From: an uncultured Bdellovibrionales bacterium
GTDB lineage: Bacteria; Bdellovibrionota_C; UBA2361; SZUA-149; CAYMWO01
Direction of reading: 5' to 3'
Assembly: GCA_964393905.1 (NCBI GenBank)
Contig: CAYMWO010000002.1
Span: 1 to 58,400, forward strand
Length of the DNA: 58,400 bases
The notes under the pieces are model-generated. The model was given only the letters and a program-made list of their open reading frames with translations. It was not told the origin of the DNA and made no database searches. Shown piece after piece: positions 37,557-45,117 of this stretch (position 1 is its first letter; the number at the start of each line of letters is the position of its first letter). The position numbers and the translations under genes were made by a program.

Positions 37557-37808
37557 CTCGGCTCCGGTCCTTGTGCGGCTATACTCAGCCCTCACTGGGA
37601 GAGGTGGTCAGAAACTGCTTAATCCCTCATATCCTTTAGAAATATCGGTTCAATTCCCTTGGCGCTGAATAGGAGATTCATTGAGACTCAGGTAATAGAT
37701 AGACTTAGCTCTAGGGCTTTGATCTTAGCCCGGTTAGCTGATAAGACCTTAATTATTTTAGTAACTTAGCTGAAGTTATAACCACTTTGCTCAGGAGCTT
37801 TAACCACA

Positions 37809-39224
37809 ATGACTAAAGGTAGTGCGTCATCCGGCTATAGAATTGAACGGGACTCAATGGGGGAGATGCAGGTCCCAGTAGGGGTCTACTACGCGGCTCA
37901 GACTCAGCGAGCCGTTGAGAATTTTCCAATTTCGGGAATTCGGCTACCCCGTACCTTTATTGCGGCACTCGGGATTATTAAAGGATCGGCCGCGACGGTA
38001 AACTCCGGGTTATCCCTTCTAGATGCTCCTCGGACACAGGCGATAATTGAAACCTGCAAGGAGGTGGAAAGTGGAAAGCTGGACGATCAATTCGTCGTAG
38101 ATGTTTTTCAGACCGGCTCCGGGACCTCGAGCAATATGAACGCTAATGAGGTGATTGCTAACAGAGCAAGGGAGTTGGCAAAGGAGCAGTCTGGAAGCGA
38201 GCTCCAGGTGCATCCCAATGATCATGTAAATATGAGCCAGTCTTCAAATGACGTAATCCCGACCGCAATTCACGTGGCGGCCGGATTAGGGCTTAAACAT
38301 AAGCTTATTCCTGCCTTGAAGAAGCTGGAAGAGTCCTTGAAGAAGAAGTCGGCTGAGTTCGATGGAATTGTTAAAACCGGCCGAACGCATCTGCAGGACG
38401 CAACCCCAATTAGACTCGGACAAGAGTTTAGCGGATATCAGAGCCAGGTTGCTCATAGTATCCAGAGAATTGAACGGTCGATTGTTAGTGTTTACGAACT
38501 TCCGCTAGGCGGCACGGCGGTCGGCACAGGTGTTAATACCCACCCCGAGTTTGCAAAGAATGTAATCGCTGAAATTGCCAAGAGAACGGGCCTGCCGTTT
38601 GTTGAAGCCGAAAACCATTTCGAGGCTCAGGCGGCAAAGAATGCGTTGGTGGAGATGAGCGGTCAGTTAAAGACGGTCGCTTGCAGTCTGGCGAAAATTG
38701 CAAACGACTTGCGTTGGCTTGGTTCTGGCCCGCGCTGTGGTATTGGGGAGTTGCTTCTGCCAGAGGTGCAGCCGGGGTCGTCGATAATGCCGGCCAAAGT
38801 TAATCCGGTAATTGCGGAATCAGTGCTAATGGTTTGCGCGCAGGTGATTGGAAATGATGCGACCATAACCTTAGGGGATTTTGGTGGTAGCACATTTGAA
38901 CTGAATGTGATGATGCCGGTCATCGCACATAACCTACTGCAATCGATTGACCTGTTAGCGGCGAGCGCTGGGAATTTTGCCGAGCGTTGTGTTTCGGGGA
39001 TAGCACCGAACACTAAACGCATTAATGAACTAGCCGAAGCCAACATTTGTATCGTGACCTCGCTGGCGCCGAAGATTGGTTATGATAAAGCAGCAAAGTT
39101 AGCAAAAGAGGCGTATCAAACGGGCGAATCCCTAAGGGAAGTCGCCCGCCGTCACCAGGTTCTACCAGAGGCCGAGTTGGAGCGGGTGCTGGACTTGATG
39201 AGCATGACCAAGCCGGGACTTTAG
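37809..39224 (+). CDS. fumC: Class II fumarate hydratase
   Basis: 471 aa. It is collinear with E. coli FumC as I recall it: FQTGSGTSSNMNANEV, HPNDHVNMSQSSNDV, GRTHLQDATP, GGTAVGTGVNTHPE, KIANDLRWLGSGPRCGIGE, GSSIMPAKVNP and GYDKAAKLAKEA. Confidence 0.85.
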   Translation: MTKGSASSGYRIERDSMGEMQVPVGVYYAAQTQRAVENFPISGIRLPRTFIAALGIIKGSAATVNSGLSLLDAPRTQAIIETCKEVESGKLDDQFVVDVFQTGSGTSSNMNANEVIANRARELAKEQSGSELQVHPNDHVNMSQSSNDVIPTAIHVAAGLGLKHKLIPALKKLEESLKKKSAEFDGIVKTGRTHLQDATPIRLGQEFSGYQSQVAHSIQRIERSIVSVYELPLGGTAVGTGVNTHPEFAKNVIAEIAKRTGLPFVEAENHFEAQAAKNALVEMSGQLKTVACSLAKIANDLRWLGSGPRCGIGELLLPEVQPGSSIMPAKVNPVIAESVLMVCAQVIGNDATITLGDFGGSTFELNVMMPVIAHNLLQSIDLLAASAGNFAERCVSGIAPNTKRINELAEANICIVTSLAPKIGYDKAAKLAKEAYQTGESLREVARRHQVLPEAELERVLDLMSMTKPGL

Positions 39225-39229
39225 CCTGG

Positions 39230-39712
39230 ATGCCTAAGAAGTTTGAAGAGAAGTTTTCCCTGCTCTTTGTCTGCCTCGGAAATTATTGCCGGAGCCCATT
39301 AGCGCACGGCGTTTTTCTCCATTTAGCAAACGAGCGCGGGGTCGGAGAGCGGTTCCTCGTGGACTCTTGCGCTACGGGACATTGGCAAGTGGGAGATGCT
39401 CCGCATCCCGAGACTCAGGTTAGCGCTAGGAATAACGGGATTGATATCAGTCATCACCGAGCACGGCAGATTAAACTGGAAGATTTTTCACGTTTTAATT
39501 TAATCCTAGCGATGGATCGCTCGAATCTTAGAGATATTAAGCGCCTAGCCCCAAAGGGTTCGGGGGAAATTAAATTAATGCGCGACTTCGATCCGCTATA
39601 CGGGGAACCAGACGTTCCGGATCCCTATTATGAAGGTGGTTTTGAGGGGGTCTACGAGATAATCAATCGCTGCTGTCTCGTGTTACTAGATGAACTGACC
39701 AGCCAGCGATAA
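39230..39712 (+). CDS. Low-molecular-weight protein-tyrosine phosphatase
   Basis: 160 aa. The CX5R(S) P-loop is LFVCLGNYCRSP, and the DPYY general-acid motif is present. Confidence 0.9.
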   Translation: MPKKFEEKFSLLFVCLGNYCRSPLAHGVFLHLANERGVGERFLVDSCATGHWQVGDAPHPETQVSARNNGIDISHHRARQIKLEDFSRFNLILAMDRSNLRDIKRLAPKGSGEIKLMRDFDPLYGEPDVPDPYYEGGFEGVYEIINRCCLVLLDELTSQR

Positions 39713-39733
39713 TGCTCCGGTTCTAGCTGGGGG

Positions 39734-40315
39734 TTAACGTCTTACCCCGCGTCTGCGGTGGATGATATCCTCGATTCTGGCATGGGTTTTTTCGCCGTTC
39801 GAGGTTACGGCACGGAGTTCGCCTTGGCGATAGAGGCGGACTTTTAGTGCAAACTCTCGTCGGGCGTAACGATCGTCTAGGGGGAATTCGATTTGTTCGA
39901 TTAGTTTGCCGCCTTCGAAATAACCAACCTGGGCCAAGCATGCGCCGGAAACCGCGCCGGAGAACTGGTACTCTCCGGAGAAGATGTTGCCTATCGGTTC
40001 AATCTGGAACACCTCGATGTTTGTGTGTGATGTGTTTGCATAGCGGCAACGCTTTGTTGTGTCGTGATTTTCCAGGTCGTCGGCTTTTCCTCGGCCGCGC
40101 GTATCGCCTCTTCCACCCATCCACCCCGTTGCAGTTTTTGGTCCTAGCGACTGAGTTTCTTCGGTTTTATTAGCGGAACTGCCTGATGCTTCGGAATCAG
40201 GAACCGCAAAATCATCCGCTTGGGCCATGTCCACGAGTACCATACCTACGAGTAAGAGTAAGGAGGCAAACAGCATCGCAGTTAAGGAGCTTTGGTATGG
40301 AGAGCGGTTTTTCAT
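39734..40315 (-). CDS. Exported hypothetical protein
   Basis: 193 aa. The N-terminal hydrophobic signal-like segment is LTAMLFASLLLLVGMVLVDMAQA. Its start overlaps the cysteine desulfurase stop (ATGA). Confidence 0.5.
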   Translation of the reverse strand: MKNRSPYQSSLTAMLFASLLLLVGMVLVDMAQADDFAVPDSEASGSSANKTEETQSLGPKTATGWMGGRGDTRGRGKADDLENHDTTKRCRYANTSHTNIEVFQIEPIGNIFSGEYQFSGAVSGACLAQVGYFEGGKLIEQIEFPLDDRYARREFALKVRLYRQGELRAVTSNGEKTHARIEDIIHRRRGVRR

Positions 40316-41466
40316 ACACCTCTAATAGAATTAATTGCTGAGGCGATAATCTCGACAGCGTCAGTTATATCCTTCTCGGTATTAAACCGTCCAACGCCGA
40401 TTCGTATCGCACTGCTTTGCCTCTCCAGTGGAAGGCCTAGTGCGGCTAAAACGTAGGAGGGCACCTTTAACGCCGAAGTGCAGGCCGAGCTTGTTGAAAT
40501 CGAAAGCTTGGAGCTGATTTCGCCGATTAAACGCGCGTTATCAACTCCGGAGAAAGAGATGTTTAAGTTTCCTGGTAGCCTGTTAGTCTCGGGTCCATTA
40601 ACTATAACGCCAGGAACTTTTGCGCTTAGTGCAAGGAGTAGTGTCTCGCAGAAGCTATTTAGTCTCTTAGCATCCTCTGTAAATGTTCTAGCCGCAATCT
40701 CACATGCCTTTCCGAAGCCGACGATGCCCGGCACGTTCAGTGTTCCAGCACGGAGGCCGAACTCGTGATTGCCACCGTGAATCATAGACTCTATTTTGTG
40801 CCGAACATTAGCGCGGACAAATAACGCTCCAACACCTTTTGGTCCGTAGAGCTTGTGCGCTGAAAATGACATGCTCGAGACGGGAAGCTTTTTTAGGTCA
40901 ATTGGTAATTTCCCCAAGGCCTGAGTGCCGTCGGAGTGTAGTAATGTGTTCTCGCCGCCAAAATGTTTAAAAATCTCTGTTAAATTATGCAGGACACCAA
41001 TCTCGTTATTGGCAACCATTGTTGAGATTAGAAATGGCGTTCCATTTTGTAGAGCAGAGTTTAGGGTGTAATCCACCGAGCCATCGGTGGAGAGATTAAG
41101 ATAGCTTACCCTTAGACCACGTTTTTCTAAGTGGGCTAAGGTGTCGAGGACTGACTTATGCTCAGTCCGGGCTGTCACCACAGTTACCGGCCCCTTTAAT
41201 AACGGAGTCGTTAGCGCACCCTGGAGAGCCAGATTATTTGCCTCCGTAGCTCCACTTGTAAAAACAATCTCCTCAGGCAAGCAGTTAACCAACGCCGCCA
41301 CCCGTTCCCGGGCAATCTTTACTAACTCCTCTGCGTACCAACCATGAACATGGGTGTGGGAGGAGGGGTTTCCGAAATGGTCGCGCAAAACCCGCTCCAT
41401 CGCGTCCATTACCTGAGGATCAAGCGGCGTCGTGGCGTTATTGTCCAGGTATATTGGATAATCCAT
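40312..41466 (-). CDS. Cysteine desulfurase (class V aminotransferase, NifS/IscS-like)
   Basis: 384 aa. The PLP-lysine context is SFSAHKLYGPKGVGALF, and the active-site Cys loop is STSSACTS. Confidence 0.85.
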   Translation of the reverse strand: MDYPIYLDNNATTPLDPQVMDAMERVLRDHFGNPSSHTHVHGWYAEELVKIARERVAALVNCLPEEIVFTSGATEANNLALQGALTTPLLKGPVTVVTARTEHKSVLDTLAHLEKRGLRVSYLNLSTDGSVDYTLNSALQNGTPFLISTMVANNEIGVLHNLTEIFKHFGGENTLLHSDGTQALGKLPIDLKKLPVSSMSFSAHKLYGPKGVGALFVRANVRHKIESMIHGGNHEFGLRAGTLNVPGIVGFGKACEIAARTFTEDAKRLNSFCETLLLALSAKVPGVIVNGPETNRLPGNLNISFSGVDNARLIGEISSKLSISTSSACTSALKVPSYVLAALGLPLERQSSAIRIGVGRFNTEKDITDAVEIIASAINSIRGV

Positions 41467-41475
41467 TTGGACTTA

Positions 41476-42468
41476 TTAGCTAAGCTCCAACATCCTTTGA
41501 ATTGGCACTAACGCCTTTTTAATAAGCTCAGGCGGAAGGGTTATCTCAGGCGCCTCATTTAGCAGACAGTCATATAATTTCTGGACCGTATTTAACTTCA
41601 TATACGGACACTCATTACATGAACAGCCACCGTCGGTTGGTGCTGGGTGGAAAACCTTTTCTGGATGCGCCTTATGCATCTGATGAATTATCCCAGACTC
41701 GGTGACGACGATAAACTCGTTCGCGGGTGAACTCTTTGTGTAGTTCAATAGCGAAGAGGTCGAGCCGACATGATCGGCTAGATTCAGAATCGCCTCTGGA
41801 CACTCGGGATGGGCAATAACTTTGGCCGTTGGGTAACGAGCCTTTAATCTTACTAACTGTTTCAGGTCGAAAGTTTCATGCACAATGCAGGAGCCTTTCC
41901 AGAGCACCATCTCGCGGCCGGTCTTTTTCATTAGGTAGCTACCGAGGTGCTGGTCAGGCGCAAAAAGAATCGGTTTATCCTTTGGAATGGAATTAATGAT
42001 CTTCTCGGCGTTCGTGGAGGTGCAGAGGATGTCGCTAAGTGCCTTTATCTCCGCGCTGCAGTTTACATATGTCACAACCGTGTGATTGGGATAGCGGCTA
42101 CGAAATTCGGCAAAGCGTTCGGGTGGGCAGTTGTCAGCTAGCGAACAGCCAGCCCTCAGATCCGGCAGGATAACCTTTTTCCCAGGGTTTAGAATCTTTG
42201 CGGTTTCAGCCATAAACACCACGCCAGCAAAGACGATAATGTCGGCCTCTGTTTTGGCCGCCTCTTGCGCCAAGCCTAGACTATCCCCAACATAATCCGC
42301 CAGGTCTTGAATTTCAGGATACTGATAGTAATGGGCGAGGATCACCGCGTTTTTCTTCTTTTTAAGCTCTTTGATAGAAGAGATTAAATCGGGAGACGAT
42401 GCCGCAGGTAGCCGAGGGCTCTTCAGTGTCTCTAGCGGCGTCTCTAGCGTTTTTAAATTTTCGTTCAT
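41476..42468 (-). CDS. nadA: Quinolinate synthase
   Basis: 330 aa. It shows the NadA pattern: [41 protein letters not shown]-like AHPECP, and CPYMK. Confidence 0.9.
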   Translation of the reverse strand: MNENLKTLETPLETLKSPRLPAASSPDLISSIKELKKKKNAVILAHYYQYPEIQDLADYVGDSLGLAQEAAKTEADIIVFAGVVFMAETAKILNPGKKVILPDLRAGCSLADNCPPERFAEFRSRYPNHTVVTYVNCSAEIKALSDILCTSTNAEKIINSIPKDKPILFAPDQHLGSYLMKKTGREMVLWKGSCIVHETFDLKQLVRLKARYPTAKVIAHPECPEAILNLADHVGSTSSLLNYTKSSPANEFIVVTESGIIHQMHKAHPEKVFHPAPTDGGCSCNECPYMKLNTVQKLYDCLLNEAPEITLPPELIKKALVPIQRMLELS

Positions 42469-42545
42469 GAAGTAGTTGAACGCATGGTGTGAATAGGGAA
42501 AATCTACAGCGCCAGGGTATTCATCTTGTAGTAAAATGTCAAACT

Positions 42546-43118
42546 ATGACCCGATTTCTCAGTAGCACTAATTGTCGACTCCTACTGCTCTTGCTCTTCG
42601 TAACGCTAGTCGGCGTAACAGAGTCCTTTGCGGAACCGAAGAGAGATTGTCTTGGGTTTTTCGCTCGATCAAAACGGAACGAAGTTCCCGTCTACCCGGA
42701 GCCAGATGTTACGCAGAAGGTTAGGCGTAAACTAACTCAGGGCGAGGTTGTGTGTGTCGTGGGTGAGGTAGGGGAGTTCTTGATTTTAGATTCGCCTAAA
42801 GCACAATCGCAGGAGAAGCGGCCGAAAAAGCAAGATTCAATGCAGGCTAGCGTTGGGCAGTTTGTGCGAAAGACAGATCTCTGGGAATCGGAAGAAAATA
42901 GCTACGGCTACCAGTTAAGCCCGATTGAGAAAATAAAACAGTATTTTAAGTATCTTCAAAGCGGGGGCGTACCGGACGATGGACTATATATATTCCGGCC
43001 GCTAATCGACCTACTTAAAACAGACGACGCTTCCCCTGAGCCGCACGACGCGGCCCCAAGCCTAGAGCCTGATCATCCTCCCCAGGCGCCGCCGGACTCT
43101 CCGAAATCACGCGACTAA
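42546..43118 (+). CDS. Exported hypothetical protein with an SH3b-like segment and a Pro-rich tail
   Basis: The track starts at 42489. The ATG at 42546 gives MTRFLSSTNCRLLLLLLFVTLVGVTESFA, which is signal-like. VPVYPEPDVTQKVRRKLTQGEVVCVVGEVGEFLIL is SH3b-like. Its 3' end overlaps the convergent ParA-like gene by 104 nt. Confidence 0.4.
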   Translation: MTRFLSSTNCRLLLLLLFVTLVGVTESFAEPKRDCLGFFARSKRNEVPVYPEPDVTQKVRRKLTQGEVVCVVGEVGEFLILDSPKAQSQEKRPKKQDSMQASVGQFVRKTDLWESEENSYGYQLSPIEKIKQYFKYLQSGGVPDDGLYIFRPLIDLLKTDDASPEPHDAAPSLEPDHPPQAPPDSPKSRD

Positions 43119-43947
43119 ACCCGAAGCGCTGACCGAAGCCAAGAGAGATGTCATTTATCTCTTCCACTAGCTGCATGTAGCTCTGGGCCAGAGCGTTTTC
43201 CTCGTTGGTGTCAAAGGCCGTCATTCTTCGCTGAAGTAAACCCGAGAGTTCGAAATCGCTCCCGATTATAGTGCGCAGCAGATCAATCGAAAGCTGAGGA
43301 GTGTCTTCAAAGGCCTGGGAGTTTTTCCAGCTCTGGTACTGTTGATCTTCAACAACGAGTGCCAAGCGGTGAGTCATGCGGAGCTCCTCGAATTCTCCGG
43401 GAGAGGTCTGGCTTCGGAGCGCAAACCATTTTGGGTAGGCCTCGAGTTTTACAGCCTCCGCCCAGATGTCGCGCAGGAAATATGCGGAAGTTGGTTCAGG
43501 GGTAATTGGTGTGATGACCAGGGCCGAGGCGGCTAGAGCATTACGGGAGAGGATATTTAGCGAACTACCTCCATCTATGACCACCAACTCGTAGGCGCTT
43601 CCCAACTGAGCAATTGCTCCAACAAGTATCATCTCGTTCTCTGGATACTCGCCTAAGAGATGTTCGATATCGGCATGTGTCGGCAAGAGATCTAAGTTTG
43701 GGCGGATGCCGCTTACGATGGCATCCCCTCGGACAAGGCGTAAATCACCTCCCGCTTCAAGCAGGCTTAGTGTAGAACTGGCCGCTCCTTGGCGAAGCTC
43801 GCCAAAAAAATCAGACGCAGCTCCGTCCGCGGTGAAATCTACGAGCAGAACCTTGAGTCCGGCTAGAGCAGCACCCTGAGCAAGGTGAATAGCGGTCGTA
43901 GTGCACCCTACTCCTACCTTCAACGATGTGATAGTAGTTACAGCCAC
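43015..43947 (-). CDS. ParA/MinD-superfamily protein with a degenerate deviant Walker A
   Basis: 310 aa with a GTG start. SLKVGVGCTTTAIHLA aligns with the KGGVGKTTTA motif, with the second Gly replaced by Val and the P-loop Lys replaced by Cys. VLLVDFTADG and LVVIDGGSSLNILSRNALAAS keep the ParA layout. Confidence 0.6.
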   Translation of the reverse strand: MAVTTITSLKVGVGCTTTAIHLAQGAALAGLKVLLVDFTADGAASDFFGELRQGAASSTLSLLEAGGDLRLVRGDAIVSGIRPNLDLLPTHADIEHLLGEYPENEMILVGAIAQLGSAYELVVIDGGSSLNILSRNALAASALVITPITPEPTSAYFLRDIWAEAVKLEAYPKWFALRSQTSPGEFEELRMTHRLALVVEDQQYQSWKNSQAFEDTPQLSIDLLRTIIGSDFELSGLLQRRMTAFDTNEENALAQSYMQLVEEINDISLGFGQRFGFSRVISESPAAPGEDDQALGLGPRRAAQGKRRLF

Positions 43948-44085
43948 TTAGGTTGAATAAGCCTTTTTGCTTCAGTAATTCACGCGATCGGTTGATTCTG
44001 CTAAGTTACCCCAACTTTATCGTGACAAGAAGAGGGAAAGTTACCTAGCTGTGGTGATATGTCGCACGAGATGGTGGGTATTTAA

Positions 44086-45117
44086 GTGCTAAATTTTGGG
44101 ATTATGACAGGGAGCTCCGGAAAAATTTTACGTCTCGCCTTTGCCGTACTGCTCCTTGGCGCGGTGCTCTATAGTGTTGGCGTTAGAGACCTTGTCGAAG
44201 CGCTTTCTCAACTGACAGTCGGTTATATAGTTGTCCTTCTCGTTTTATCTTTTATTCTTATCTGGGCTAGCGCCCTCAAGTGGCGGCTTTTTGTGAGAGC
44301 CTCAGGGCACAACCCTACGGTGCTGCACCTGATGAAGCTCTATACAATCGGTTATTTCTTTAACAGCTTCATTCCTTCATATATTGGCGGGGACGTCGCG
44401 AGAAGTTTTCACCTTGGGAAACATCTGGATAGCCATAAAGACGCCTTCTTGGCCACTTTCCTCGAGCGCTATACCGGTCTTTTAGCGATGTCGCTCTTGG
44501 GGGCTTTGTTTGTTGCGCTGGGGAGCGAAGCTGCGTCGGGCGTTGAGTTGGCAATTTTAATCGTGGCTGTTGGCGCGATTGGATTGGGATTAGTTTGCTA
44601 TTCAGAGTTCGTTAACCGAATATTCCTGGGAATTGTTCGCCTAACACTTCGTGCTTTAGGCTTGTCGCGATTTATCAGTAAACTCAATAATTTTTCGGAA
44701 AAGTTTGAGCGCGGAATGAAATCGGCCCGCACCGATCACGTGCTGTTTTTTAAAGCGCTCGTCTACTCTTTGCTTTTTCACACCCTGAGCATAGTCAATA
44801 CCTACATTACCGCTAAGGCTGTCGGTTGGGAGAGCCCGAACTTTGCCGGATTGTTTGTCGTGGTTCCGCTCGTGCTGCTAGTAGGTATGGCACCAGTTAC
44901 CCCAAGCGGGCTCGGCCTCCAGGAAGGGGCGTTTGTTTTCTTCTTGTGCCGAATAGGAGCCACCAAGCCGCAAGGTTTAGGAGTAGCGTTAGTGCTAAGA
45001 GCAAAGATGCTTATCATCGCTCTCGTTGGCTGGTTCCTTTGGCTGGGGATTAGGAAGGAAAAAAGGGGCGGAGTTATTGCTGCCACCGAAACGTTGGCAG
45101 TTGAGTTGGAACCATGA
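44086..45117 (+). CDS. Flippase-like / LPG_synthase_TM (UPF0104) family polytopic membrane protein
   Basis: 343 aa. The start is the GTG at 44086 or the ATG at 44104. The family-typical stretch is YTIGYFFNSFIPSYIGGDVARSFHLGK, and there are roughly 8 hydrophobic helices. Confidence 0.7.
   Translation: MLNFGIMTGSSGKILRLAFAVLLLGAVLYSVGVRDLVEALSQLTVGYIVVLLVLSFILIWASALKWRLFVRASGHNPTVLHLMKLYTIGYFFNSFIPSYIGGDVARSFHLGKHLDSHKDAFLATFLERYTGLLAMSLLGALFVALGSEAASGVELAILIVAVGAIGLGLVCYSEFVNRIFLGIVRLTLRALGLSRFISKLNNFSEKFERGMKSARTDHVLFFKALVYSLLFHTLSIVNTYITAKAVGWESPNFAGLFVVVPLVLLVGMAPVTPSGLGLQEGAFVFFLCRIGATKPQGLGVALVLRAKMLIIALVGWFLWLGIRKEKRGGVIAATETLAVELEP

Noticed and set aside
37647-37657. GGTTCAATTCC, resembling a tRNA T-arm/T-loop, in the HDOD-fumC intergenic region.
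   Set aside because: The flanking bases do not form a T-stem (ATCGG versus CCCTT). No acceptor stem or anticodon arm can be built, so it is not a tRNA.
37809-39224. Aspartate ammonia-lyase (AspA) as an alternative call for the fumarate-lyase family gene.
   Set aside because: The diagnostic stretches (QTGSGTSSNMN, SQSSNDV, THLQDATP, GYDKAAKLAKEA) match FumC rather than AspA as I recall both sequences. Only the NPV residues after GSSIMPxKV look AspA-like.
39723-40173. Track ORFs 39723..39941 (minus strand) and 39847..40173 (plus strand), rich in Arg/Pro/Cys.
   Set aside because: They overlap the 193-aa exported-protein ORF in other frames. Their composition is typical of off-frame translation, and they have neither an RBS nor a motif.
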